Part shown: piece after piece, positions 48,863 through 62,178 of the stretch | Position numbering within the stretch: the first letter of the stretch is position 1 | Layout of the letters: every line of letters begins with the position of its first letter | Source: Yuukianura sp. NJ FZ-2021 | Lineage: Eukaryota | Direction: 5' to 3' | Length of the DNA: 64,000 nt | Assembly (NCBI GenBank): GCA_046563655.1 | Contig: CM102286.1 | Coordinates: 3,534,001 to 3,598,000, forward strand | The notes under the pieces: generated by a model | What the model saw: the letters and a program-made list of their open reading frames with translations, nothing else | What the model was told of the DNA's origin: nothing | Database searches by the model: none | Translations under genes and position numbers: made by a program

Positions 48863-49417
48863 ATGATCCCGAAAAATAAGAAACCATCGAAAGCAAAGTC
48901 CAGTATTTCGTCCAGAGCGGCTTCTGCGTTACTGGCGATGGGGAAAACATTCAGCTGTACTAACATTGCCTCGGTATCCACTTACCCCAAATCTGCAAAC
49001 AATATGACTATTCAACAGCATCGTCGTGAGGCGCATGACAACAATTTTTACGATGATACATCCGAAAGAATTACCGAAGGACAAGAAAATCAGCACACTA
49101 AACGACAGTCTCTCCTACAGAACGAAGATTTACTGTTAACTGTATCCGACTTGCGACAGCAACTGGAGCATCTGAAAGACGTTTTAGAGGAACGAGACAG
49201 GGTTGATGCAGAAAAGGATAAACTAATCGAAAGACTGACGAATGCCGTCCGAAATTCTCAGATTCCGTCCTGCGACGATAGAGACGAATATCGTCGTCGA
49301 AGCTTCAGTGGTGACGCAAATCTTCATTTGAAGCTTTATGTAATTCGATACTTTCTTGAAATGTACAGTACATTATTTACCATATGTGTTGTTAACCTTG
49401 ACATCTTTTTCTCCTAG
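48863..49417 (+). CDS. Uncharacterised ORF with central coiled coil
   Basis: MIPKNKKPSK...LLLTVSDLRQQLEHLKDVLEERDRVDAEKDKLIERL; probable splice to an exon at 49418, boundaries unresolved. Confidence 0.35.
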   Translation: MIPKNKKPSKAKSSISSRAASALLAMGKTFSCTNIASVSTYPKSANNMTIQQHRREAHDNNFYDDTSERITEGQENQHTKRQSLLQNEDLLLTVSDLRQQLEHLKDVLEERDRVDAEKDKLIERLTNAVRNSQIPSCDDRDEYRRRSFSGDANLHLKLYVIRYFLEMYSTLFTICVVNLDIFFS

Positions 49418-50269
49418 AAATCCGAACTTCGATTTTCGGCAGCGCCTGCACCTACTGTAATGAGCGGAGGTGTCGTCGCTTATGACGACGACGATCTGGT
49501 CTAAATAGGTAAAAAAAAAATGCCCGACATATCAGCCCGATATACTTGAAGGAAATGAATTTAGTTTACGCTTCAACGTTTCCCCGTCTCGTCCTACTAT
49601 TCAGGTTTCAATTTTCAATCTTTTAATTTAAACTACTATAACTTTCAATAGGATAAACGTACAAACTTCGTTCACAATAGTACCGTTCAATTGTTTTAAT
49701 ACAGCACGGCACGCAAAAAAGTGTTAAAAACGTGGTAAAAATGTGTAATGCAAATGTGATCTCCTGCAATTATTTATTTACGCTCAATTTTTCAATGTTT
49801 TCACACGTAAAAATATAATCTAAAGTACATAATATCTATGTTATGTAAAGTTTCTGGTAGATGCATATTTTATTTTAATCGCAGTATTTTTGCACCGCAC
49901 AAGTTATACGCATTTGTAGAGGCCAATATGCAGTGCATCGTTGTACCCTCTAATTTAAATCAATAACGTCCGTTAACTTATCCAAGGTAGGATTTAATCT
50001 TTATTTTGTAAATAAACGATTTTCAAATTTTTAACATCATTTGCTGGTAATACAGATACGTGAATTAATTTCTTTTCATTTCGGGAATAGAAATATCCGT
50101 AATCGTATTTTCAAATTGTTTGTTTATTCATGGAATTACTTTATGAAAATCGCACTTTTACTCATAATCATCAATTGGTTTGAAACTGGTACAAATGTTT
50201 GAAATTTTAAAATTAATAGTAGTAAGTCGTATAACCTCACACGGTAGTTCGATTACCGCGGGAAAGTCT

Positions 50270-53063
50270 TTACGCGTAAGTTTTGTTGTGCTCGGAATGT
50301 AAAAGCGGCATTTTCTCCATTTTGGCAATATTCGGACATGGAGTCACTGGTTCGAGAAATGTGCTTCCAGAATTCGAATTGGTGCAAAAGACAAACAATA
50401 GCAGAATCAGCTGTTGAAATTTAATTGAGAAATTAATTAATTTCACCTATACATGGTAAATGAATAGTATATAATTCCTACGACAACTTACGATAACCAC
50501 AATAAGCACAACTGCGAACATCGTTTCACCTTCAAATCCAAACTTCTCATACAAGGCTCCTGTAATTGCAAATAGAATCAGTTAAGATTGGCCAAGCATT
50601 TTTGATAATTTGTATGGTTAGTAATACTGGGTCAATGACCTCCAAGAATTGGCCCCGCAAATGACCCTAGGTGCATTCCACTGAGCCATAAGGCCGATAT
50701 GGCCCCGTTTGAACTCGATTCAGCTAAACCTTGGCGTCTGCGCATAAAGTAAAAATCACTTGATTACTATTGGATCCATTAGGTTTAAAATTGAAAAAAA
50801 AGCGGGAAAAGCTGCTTACTTGGCTTCATTCGTCATCAGCAGAAATACAGAGACGTAGATGGCTCCTAAATAGTAAAATATTAAACAAACCGCATTTTTT
50901 GTTTAAAAGTTAGATTTATAATAGTAACTACCAATTTCATATGAAATTAAGCAACTGACCTGACCCAAGGCCACATGCCGCTAAACTCACTCCCGTCAAA
51001 GCCACCGACCTTTGGTAACATGTGAAATGTAGGATTTAATTAAAAAATACTGTCTGTATTACGAAACTTTCCATTTTCAAAAAAAAAAAATTACGATTTT
51101 CTAAATTTCTGCTCTTAAAATTCAATTTCTTACGGTTCCAATGGAATTATGACGGATGGACCCATGAACGTAAATGCAAAAATTGTAAGAACGCAACCAA
51201 TCAGAGTAAGTACGATTGGTTTGCTAATTCTGTCACCGATAAACCCCCTGCATTAAAAGAATATAATAAATTACATTAATATAATAAAAATAAATTACGT
51301 TTCCCAAAATTATAAAAATCTTTACAAATCGTACCAAATCCACGCCGTACAAGCATAAACTCCACCGAAAATGAGAAAGACGCCACCAACTTGCAGCGGA
51401 CTCAAGTGGAACTAAATTTGAAAAGAATTTAAACATTCCTGCACATCCAGAAATTATTTTGAAGTAATGAACAATTGTTCTAACCTGACGGAGATGTGGT
51501 TCCAGCGTACCTAACAAACATATGAAAATCGTAGTTAAGTCGAAAATTCTTGAATTAATTAACAATAAATTATTTTTCTTGAATTAGTAATCAAAACGTA
51601 CAAGTTACAAATCCGAGACAGAGTGCAACGGCCATGACAGCCATGTAGAAAATGAAAATGCTTGGAACTCTAAGAAATGCAGAGAAAGTTTCGGGTTTCT
51701 TGGCGCCGCGGTTTGGCATTCCTTTGTCATCTTCTTCCGTTTTTCTTTCAGTTGGAACGTCCACTAGATCTTTCATTGGTCCTAGACTGCGCGAAGTAAC
51801 GATGGTGGAAATGTAGAATACGATGCCCATCGTAAGAAATGGAGATGTGTATCCCCAAGCTTCGGTGCCCATTGTCAACAACCCCAACTAATGATTCAAA
51901 AACAACAAGTAAATCCAGATTTCGCAACAAATCTAACATTGATTTGGTCCAAACATATTTGAAAACCAAACACACAACGGTGATATTCTAAAGATTAAAG
52001 TTCTTAAGTATTCGATTTCGAAGTTGCTAGAGGATTTAGTAGGTTGGCGACCCCTATAGGAACTTACAAGGAACGAGTCACGTCTGCGGAGTCTACGCAT
52101 GCGTCGTTAACCTTGTTTACAAAACACTTTAAACTTTGAACTTACAACTTACCTCATAAAGAGCTTCACCTACAGGAGGCCCTGCTGCCATTCCCACAGC
52201 AAACATTGTTTCCATTACGGCCTATGCATAAGATAAAGGTTCGGATTAGGTTAAGGTTAGTTAATCTCGTTTAATTTAAGTTAATAAGAAAATTCAGACT
52301 GACAAATGCAGTGCCCATTGCATCGGGAAAAACAACGTTGAGAAATCCGTAACTGGAAACAAAGCTAGAGGCTGATCCAAAAGCTTCAAGTATCCGAAGC
52401 ACCAGTGAAAGTAGAATGAATGCTGTTGCATTGTTAACTCGATTCAAAAACCTGAAAATTTCAAGTAGTGATTTTCAAATGTCAAAAAGACGAACTATCG
52501 TAGAGTAAAGATTAATAAGTGTCTTACCCGAACAGAATTATCGTGGTTCCGGTTGTAAGAATTCCAAGGTGAAAGCATCTGTAAGAACTCAATCTCGGCA
52601 GGATCTGTTCAAAATATTAGTCTTAAGCCAAATCCCATTAAAATTAGTTTGGAAATGCTATTTTACGGTTCGTTTTCGAGATTCAGGTTCGTACCTTGCT
52701 TGAGACCAAAGGACATGCCAGAAATCCGGCTAATTCGTAAATACCTAAAACCAGACCAGCAAATGTTGTCGATGCTCCTTTCTTCTCTGCCTAAAAAATT
52801 TCACAAAATTTGAACACACAAACTTTTTTTTTTGTTTTTCGAAAAAGTTTTAATGTACAATTCGGAATTGCATAGTCTCACTTTTTCAAAATACGCTAAT
52901 GAATACGCAATGTTCTACTATAAATCAAAATGCTTAAGTTGATATATCAGCGTACCTCTGCTGGATAAAATGGAGCTTGCAAGGAAAATACCAATGCTGA
53001 CAGAAAATTGCATCCTGCCAAAGTTGTTAAAACCACTAGCTGCTTTCTGTTCAAATTTATCAT
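50270..53063 (-). CDS. SLC18B1: MFS-type transporter, SLC18B1-like (multi-exon)
   Basis: MINLNRKQLVVLTTLAGCNFLSALVFSLQAPFYPAE-AEKKGAS, SLVLRILEAFG, METMFAVGMAAGPPVG, WGYTSPF, GLWLSGMHLGSFAGP. Confidence 0.85.
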
Positions 53064-53462
53064 TGTAAAAAACGAAATTGCAAAATCTCAAAGTGAAACA
53101 ATTACACTATACAACGGTTAGACTGCAACTACAAAACGGTTAGAAAAATTAAAACGTTATAAAATTTTTTCAAAGTTAAGAACTGAAACGTCGTCGCTTG
53201 GAAAACTAATACACTACCTTGAGATAACTTCAAGAAACAATGGACTGTATTCGTGCGATAAGAATTGTCACAAATCAAGATTTTGGACAACAAGGAGGGG
53301 TAGCTTTGTGTGACCTCTGCCCTCGACGTCTTGCGTTCGAAAGAAGTGTCAAATACTTTTGGAGTTGCATTAAGCCTCCAACCAACGGCGTACATGACGG
53401 CGATGGAAAAATCCTTAAATCCGTTTAAACAGATTTTAGATTTCATACGCTTTCTCAACCTT

Positions 53463-55057
53463 CCCAGGTTGCCAAAACACAATGCTTACCCGCTGATATA
53501 GTTCAGAAAAAATCATGAGGAAAAGTTGAGTATTTGGACAACTTTTACACAGCTTAACATAACGTGATAGCTGTGAGGAAACAATGCTGTTTCAATGATG
53601 AGCCTTAACACGCGTGTAAAGAGCAATGAAATGGTGTTGCGTTTTCCCCTCGGTTGTGTGCGGAATCCGTGCTGAATCCGTGTGTACATTGTATTTATGA
53701 AAATTCCGCTGCGAAATCATTACCTAAACCGTACTTAAACATTATGTGTTCAATGAAGAAACAGCAAAGGTTTGTTACACATGTTTTATTTAATTCAGAT
53801 ACTATACTGTTTCAATATACAAACTTTACACGTAAACTCTAAATACAATACTAAAATTACAAAATACTTAATATTAATGCTAAATTTTACAATAATACAT
53901 AAACTTCATGATTCTTGTGTAGTATAGGAATGCTGTGAATCTACCTCTGACTTCTTTCACAAATTCTTCAAAGGTTTCAGTTTGGTCAACATTGTAGTGC
54001 AGAATCACTTGACTCGAATCTAAATTAATATTCAAACTTAGTAACTCCTTTAACTAATGATAATATATCACGTAAGTTATGGATTTGCACCTAGTATGTC
54101 GCCCGAACCATCAGAGTTCGACTGCAACACTTCTTCCGGTTCGAATAGTGGAGTTGTAGTAGGGGGAATGATTCTGAATGTAGCTGGAGGTTCAACTGCA
54201 ACGTTTTGGAACGTTGTTGTTTTTCGATTGTTCGAATCTTCACTTGAATCCAAAATCTGAAGGGTGTTTGAGTCCTTTAAAGTTTCAGCCTTCTTGCATG
54301 CCCTATCGTACGAATCTAGATATAAAAATGAAGATTAGTTACATTCGAAACGTTCATACTACGACTAAATACTTGCATATGAGATTGAACTTACCATAAG
54401 ATTTGAGAAACTGTATTGGATACTTGTTCCAATTCTCGTCTGGTACACTGTCGGCTGAGCGAATTAGTACCTTCGAGTTTTTTCGATTTCCTGGCCAACT
54501 TGCTAACAGTCCCTGCTCTGTGTCCGATAACCAAGTGGATGGAATTACGGAGTATCGGTTTTCTTCGTAGAAAAAAACGACTGGAAAGTTTTTCCTAGTC
54601 ATGTTTGATGCTGACTCACCACGCTTTATTTTTAACGGAACGTGGTTTCTTTTGTTTTAAGTAAGCCAGAGACTCAAAGTGTGTAATTGGCGGAGAAACA
54701 ATAGTGAGAAAATCATCACTTAAACAGCAGTGAATTTACTTTGGGTTTTACTCACTTCACTTCACTCAACTACAAGTTATGCATTGCGTCATCAATGAAA
54801 ATTGCATAACCATTTCATCATGTACTACCCATGCGCGTAATCCATACTGTTTCAATGCTTAACCCACTTACGAGGATGCCGATGCACCATAGCAAAGCAT
54901 ATTACCCGCTAACTTTTGCGCATGTTCTTTTTAGGCATTAAAAACATGCAGTTTACACGCTCGGCTTACAATGACTTCAAATTCAGCACCAATACCGTAT
55001 TAGATTCATACGAAAACTCAACGCGCGTTGCAAAAACATTGTTTTTGGCAACCTGGG
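53463..55057. mobile_element. Non-autonomous CACTA/EnSpm-type DNA transposon (1.6 kb) with CCCAG TIRs and 2-bp TSD
   Basis: Left TIR CCCAGGTTGCCAAAACACAATG; right end CATTGTTTTTGGCAACCTGGG; TT on both flanks; internal accessory ORF; no transposase seen. Confidence 0.8.
53946..54602 (-). CDS. Transposon accessory gene (N-terminal domain of the type found in EnSpm-associated DUF4806/BEN proteins), spliced, probably truncated
   Basis: FPVVFFYEENRYSVIPSTWL...ASWP...VPDENWNKYPIQFLKSY-DSYDRACKK; phase-matched GT-AG introns; 3' end approximate. Confidence 0.6.
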
Positions 55058-56976
55058 TTGGTTGCCCAAGTGGTAATCCTATTGCCTATCGGGTTCACAC
55101 TGGACATGCGAGATGCGAATGGAACTACTAGTACTAATCATTATGTACATCTCAGTATCTGGAGGTGAAAATAGTTAATAGTAAGCGTTTCTTAAAACTG
55201 TTAATCCCTTTGATTGGCAATTTTCAATTCCTTGTTATGTATGACGCAGGTTTTGTTGAACCTGGATGAGGCCGAAGGTTTAAAATTTTGTTTAATATAT
55301 GAAAAATTCATGTTGATGCTGGAAAATTTTGTACTAAACTTGTGAATTGTGAGCACAAATTTTATGCCTAAAACGAATAAAATGCCGCCTACATTGCTCT
55401 TTGATGATTCAAACAGAGTACTGTTATGCTACCTGGTACACTTGGTGTACTTTCTTACGTCATGCCCAAATTCAATTGGAGACCCCAATTTGGGGTGTTG
55501 CTTGTTATGGTCGGAAGGGATGAAAGTTTTATGGTGAAAGTTGCTTCATGATTCATGAACATTTCCATTTTTTCATAAATTCTTTCTTTTCCTGGAACAA
55601 AATGAGTTAACATTTGTATTTAATGTTTGTAGCTTATGTTTCGTTAGATTTGTAGTGATTTGGGGTAAATTAATTAATCATTACTGCATCAGTTGAGTTA
55701 ATTAAGTCAATTCCACTTGTGGTTTAGCTAAGTATCTAAGTTTCGGAGCGTGTGAATTTGTGTTGGAAATTTGTTTCCCTGTTTTGTTTTAGTTTGAAAA
55801 TTAATAGCTTGGTTTAGTAATCAAGATGCGCGCAATCTTTCAAAACCGGGACAACTTAAATTTCTCTACTTTCACACACATGTCCAAAATTTGTGCGGCA
55901 CGGCAATTCGAAATCGGTCTGCCGCTTTCACTCCATGGTAAACGGTTTTGAAATTGCCCGTAAGCATAAAATCTAACTATCTAAACTAAACATTACCCAA
56001 AAGAAATATTAATCTACTAAACAGAATTAAAAAATACCATAGTTTTATATTTGTGTTTAGTTTGTATTGTAACTATACCTTTGAGCACTTTCATCATACA
56101 GAATTTCCGTTGGTTAATGGAGAAATAATATCGAACAACACATAATACTTGTTATTTATTTCTTAAATAATTTCACTTACTTTACTAGTAGTAGTACATA
56201 ATTTAAATTGGTTTGTACACTTGTAAAGTTATACAGGGAAAAGGAACTATAACGCACGCAATCGGAGCCGTTTACCGTTGTGTGTGCGTTGGCGTTGATG
56301 GGCGTGGTGTGGGTTTCAAACGAACCATAAAAAACATGCACAAATGTGTTTTCGTGATTTGGAAATATGCAGTAAAAAAAGTGTTATTTTATTTTTAGTA
56401 GAAGTCGTGAATGAAGCTCACTTTTTCATAAAATCCAAAATCGTGAATTTTCGGAATTTTTAATTAGTTTGATTGTTCATTGTTAGTGCGCTAAGTTGAG
56501 ATCATTATCTTTGACAGTTGTGGCACCATGTAACTCCACACTCGATCAAATCAACTGGAAAGATCACAACTCACAAGTTTGATAAGTATCTAAAAGTAAT
56601 CAGCTACTTTTTAATTAGCGGTTGGTTGTGATTAATCGGATGGAATTTATCCTTAATTTACATCTTGACTTCTTAAAACACTGTCTTTCGATTTGTGCTC
56701 CAGAGGGATTTAAATATACTTTATTGTACGAAGCAAAAGGTAGACTTTTTAGTTAATTGAGCGAAGCATAAACGTCGCTAGTGTAAACCGGACGTTTAGA
56801 ACCTCGGTCGGATTTCTTTGTATTTTACGTGTTTCAACACCTGACAAGTGGTAAGTTATCATTCATTGATAAATTAAAACACTAATGACAATGCGGCATG
56901 CCCTTGCTGCATTTCTGATCTGCGCAGGATCTTAATTTGATTTTGTTTTCTTATTAACTAGCTACCGAACGAAATC

Positions 56977-59900
56977 ATGGGCGACGTAACTGATAGGATG
57001 GCGCCAAGATCCAAGAGCACCCTTGGACGTATGCCAGCATCCAGTGCTAATAGTAAACAGAACGAACCACCTCCGGCTGATCTGAAGATGATATTGAACG
57101 AAGTTGAACCATTGAAAGGCAGTGCTAACTTTAGCCCGAGGGAAGTTGACGAAATTATGCAGTCAACAGCAAAAATGGTTGGGGATACGAACGTAGACTG
57201 GCTGAAAAGACTTAATATGGTAAGAGTAATTTCATTTTACCATCGTATAATTTTATCATCATATAAAACGAAATCGAAGTAACCAAAATCTTCGTTCGCT
57301 TAATTTGATAGCTTAAAACGTTCCGAAGTCTCTGTTGTGACCCGACCCATCATATTCAGATCACAAATTACCTCAGATATCTCATGGTCCCCCTTCAATC
57401 GTCAGTAAAGGATCTGCGATCTCAAGTTGGACGAGAGGCCTGTCTCACTGTGGCATATTTGGCTGCACAATTGGGAGTAAAAGCCGAGTGTTTCATTGAA
57501 CCGATGCTTCCGACATTGTTTTCTCTATTGGTGGCAAACGCCAAAATTGTTTCCGTCACCGGAGCTTCCACAATCAACCTCATCTACGAGTATGTACCGT
57601 CTTTTCGTCTTCTTCCTCCGCTTCAAACTCAGATGATGTCAAAATCTAAAGATGTAAGGAGGGCCGTTTGCTCCGTCCTGAAAATCATACTGGAAACTTG
57701 GCCGACGGCGACAATTCAACGAAACACAAATGCAGTTACAGAAGTTATGAAGAAAGGTCTTACAGATGCGGACGCTGATGCAAGGCAAACAGCTCGAGAG
57801 ACTTTTCCGGCCTTCCAAAAAGTCTTTCCTGGAAACGCCAAAACTATTCTGGATTCTTTAGAACCTCTTCAACAACGACAGCTTCAAGCGTCGCTTTCAG
57901 CCCAACCTCCAAGGCAAGTGCAAACACAAGCATCGAAACCAGTATTTTCTCAGCAACCGCAGCCTCAACCAAGTAATCCTACAGGCTCATTGAGCAGACA
58001 AGGTAAATTGTGTATCTATTTTTCTGCTTAGTGCATAAAACTTTGTTATAACTTGACCAGTAACGTGATCTTTTGATTTATTTCAGGTTCACTAATTAAG
58101 AAAACGAGTATACCTGTTTTCACAGCTCGTGTTTCGCCGTCCAAAGCTGGGACTCCACCATCGCAAGGAAGATCTGCCTCAGCCATTGACCTGCAAGCTG
58201 TAAATAAAGCCAAGCAAAACAATTTTAGCACGATGAGGTAATTGACTAAACAAAGTAAAACTGTTTCAATGAAATTGCAATTTATCGCTTGCTTTTGTCC
58301 TACAGTAGTCGAGCACCGTTGAAAACAATGGGAAGGACACACTCCTCGCTGACATCCCCGGTGACTCCGAAATACTCTCTGCCAAGCTCATCCAACACGA
58401 GTCCAACACACATACCACTGTCTAGTACTGGCGGAGGCACACTGGACAGATCCAGAACAAGGAGCAAAGTTTCAAAAATCTCACAATCACAACGTAATAA
58501 CTGATGGTGTTAATTTGTTACTCAAGATTTACTCTAAAAAATAATTTGTATTTTCTTCTTTAGCTGGAAGTCGAAGTAATTCTCCTTCCTCACGCTTCGC
58601 TTATGCAACTTATACTTCACCATATGCACAAGGAGAAGCACCTTCGTTTGTCGGCGCCCCACGCGGAGTCAGGAAGTTGTCCACTCCAAGTTCAGGAGAA
58701 AATCCAACTTACCTTCCAACTTCGTCCATTGGAAGAGGTGTCCGAAGAGTCTCAAATTCATCGAATTCGAGTAGCAGAGAGACCTCACCACAGGGTCGAA
58801 TTTTACCTCACAGTTTAAGGTCACGATCAGTATCTAACTCGCCCCAGGTTCCGCTTTCTGTCGTGAGTGCTAACAGGTAATAGTCATTCTAACTAAACTT
58901 CGTGATCAGTCAGTTCCGTAGACCTCAAATTACTCGTTTTGGTTGTGTTATATTTTAGTTCCACCGCAAAAATGTTGATGGCATCCAGAGAAGCAGAATC
59001 AGCTCTTAGAGACGCATTACGCCGACGCGAGCTCAGTGAACTTGACTACAGTGGTAACCAAAGTGACAGCGAAGATTCCATGAGCTCACACTCCCATAGA
59101 TCTTACGGTAGATCGGAAACATTCTCTCCGCCGAGCCATAACAGGCACTTATTTGCTGAAGTGAGTTAAAGATTATAACAACAATTGAAAACTAACGAAG
59201 ACTTATGTTATTATTTTACTCTTTAGGACAACATGGAAGAGCTTTTGAACAAGTGTGGGAGCGCTAAGTGGTCAGAAAGAAAAGAAGGGCTCTGTGGACT
59301 GAATAACTACTTACAGAGATACGGGTCAATTCCTCCTCAATACTTCAATCGAATTGGTAAGCATACTGTGATTCTTTTGTGCGTTCAAAGTCACTCATAC
59401 TCATATGTAAAACCGAAACCGAAGTTATGACTGAATCCGACTTTTATTTTCAGGTCAAACGTTTTGTCGAATATTTATGGATGCTCATACAAAGGTGTTG
59501 AGCCTATTTTTGGATGTGCTGCATGCTGTTCTTCTAAGACATGCTCGAGATTTGGTAGACTTCACAACCATTTTATTGAATCGCGTCCTTACGAAATTGG
59601 GTTCTGACTTACTTACATCCGTCCACACGAAGCTCATGACGACGTTGGATATAATCATGTAAGTAGAATTGAGAAAGTAAACTTGATTTAGTTTCTCAAT
59701 TGATCTTGATTTAGATGGAGCGGATGTTACCGGAAATAGTGTACAGAGAACCAGGGATGGCAAGGTGTAAATTACATTGTAAATTACAACGTAAATTACG
59801 TGTAAATTACAAGCCCGAAAATTACACATGTAATTTTCGTAATTTTCAATTACCATTGTGACAGAAAAATACTGTCCGTCGACCTAGTTTTTAATTTTTT

Positions 59901-61869
59901 TTTCGTTATCCAAACCTCAAATATCGGTTTTGCTTTCATATTTTGCCGAGTTTCGCGTTTTCACTGCAGTTTGATGTGTATTTTTAATGGGAATTTCTAA
60001 GTTACAATCGAAAAAGGTTACAATAAAGGGAATAACGATTAAATAAAAGTTCAAAACAACGAAATTGTAATTTCCGAACCGAAACTAAGCGAGGAACCTT
60101 GTCGATTTTACGAAAAACATTGTTTCTGCAAATATTGAAACTTACGTTTTTTACATAACGTAATTTACGTAATTTACGTAAATTACGTAACTTTCCGAAA
60201 ATTACGTAACTTTGCCATCTCTGCAGAGAACGGAAGTTACAAATTGCTTTATCTGGGATCATATTGTTTACATTTATGAATTTTTAATTAACAGAAAGGA
60301 AATGCCACCAGACCTACAGTTCTCAGCAGTAGCTCACTACCTCTGCGATCCAACACAAACGCCCAATTCCAGATCCAGGAATTCCGCCTTGCTTCATCTC
60401 TTCAATCTCTCTGCAATTTCGTTTCCTGTCAAGTTGAACGAATTGGCCGGCCTTGTTGACAAATTATTAGGTTTGTTTGTTACTTTTTTTGTCTCGTAGT
60501 TATGTAACATTGGTACATGAATTTCAAGACGTATTGTACTAAGGCAAGGGTACATGTTATTTTTTCATTCCAGATTGGAGTGCTGACATGCGTTCTCAAG
60601 AGCTGCGGAGAACATCTCAAGAAGTACTTCGTGCACTTTTTGACATGACTGCGCCGCAAATGGCACGCGTGTTGGGTCAACTGCCACATCATAAGCAGGA
60701 TCAGGCTAAAGCTATTTTAGAAAATCACAATAGATCGCAACCAGATACGCCACAACGCGGTGAAGATACTGTTGACATTGGATGGAAGTAAGTTAAAGTT
60801 TGTCACCAACAAGCATATTACAAGATTAATGCTAAATTGTTTTGCTTTTACACTTTTTTTGCAGTTCAATCACCTCAGACATTCAGTCTCTTCGACTTTC
60901 AGAAAACCACACAGAGTCAGACATGTTGCGTCTTCTAAGTCGAATGGCAGTGATGCTTCCTTCGGAACGAACTGCGTTGATTGATGAACTCCAAAGTACA
61001 ATGAAAGATACTAAGGACGAAGTTATAATTCAATGTCACAAGTAATGTTATTATTATACTTATTAACTGTTATTCTCTTAAAGTGAACAACTTTCGAACT
61101 TTATTTTTAATCCAGGAGATTATTCTATTATAGGGAACTGCTGAAAATTCTTTTTAATGCCCTCACGTCGCCGAAGAGCACCGCTCAAGAAAAGGCGCGG
61201 TGTTTTGCGTGTTTAGAAGATTTGTGTAATCGTGGGGGCCTTGCCGACTGTCTCGCAGAGTACACAGAACTTTTTATTGTACGGGTTACAGAAGTGCAAT
61301 CAACGGAACATCCGAGGGATGTGACGAAGTGGGCAGAGGCTTGTGCTCTTTCGCTAGCTGCCAATTTTCCAGCTGAAACTGTTGCTAGAGCAGTTTGCCC
61401 TATCGTGCTCAACAAAGACTTCCCAATCAATCAGGTTTGAAACATTTTTTTAGACGTTCAGTGAAATATCTTCAGGGTTTTTCGATGAATTTAACCAAGT
61501 ACGTTTGATTTTCAGTTGGCTATAAAAATGTTACAACGTCTGACGGAAACTTGTGAGTTGTCCAAACTGAGGGCTCTCTTGCCAGATATAATGAATGCCC
61601 TTGTTAGTGCCTATGACCATCCAGATTCTGCCGTGAGGAAATCAGCTGTATTTGCCATAGTAGCTTTACATCCCAAGTGAGTAATTTTTTTTTAAAGTTG
61701 TCTTTTGGATATTGAATTTGGTGTTCATGTTTAAACTTCTTTTGTAACTTCCAGAATTGGAGCTGAGCTGGATCCGTACTTGTCGTCTCTGAGTGGATCA
61801 AAGTTGAAGCTGCTACAGTTATACATTCAACGAGCGCAGAATACGAACAGCAACAACATGACGTCATGA
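56977..61869 (+). CDS. CLASP: CLIP-associating protein (CLASP/Orbit/Mast), multi-exon
   Basis: VKDLRSQVGREACLTVAYL, KKGLTDADADARQTAR, RSASAIDLQA, SQSQPGSRS-like motif, C-terminal SAVRKSAVFAIV and SKLKLLQLYIQRA. Confidence 0.92.
59752..60223. mobile_element. hAT-superfamily MITE (472 bp) in a CLASP intron
   Basis: TIRs CAGGGATGGCAA / TTGCCATCTCTG; perfect 8-bp TSD CAGAGAAC (59744-59751, 60224-60231); subterminal GTAAATTAC repeats at both ends. Confidence 0.92.
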
Positions 61870-62178
61870 GATTTGTCCTAAAGGTGTCGGTGCACGCATG
61901 CGAATTCCAGCGTTAACACAGCCAGAAATAATCCTTTGAAATCTAGTTTAAATCCCTCCTATTCTTTTCTTATGCTATTTAGAATTAACTTTAAACATAT
62001 ATTGTTAATACCCGGTTGGTAAATAACAAAGCTACTGACTTGGCCGCACGTAAGTTTTACTCGCGCACTTAGCACGTACGCGTTTTTGTAACTTTATTTT
62101 TTTGATTGCGATTTTTTTTACATGCAAGGTTTAGACATAAGTCTAGCAACAGGTTTTTCAATAAGCAACAGGTTTTGG

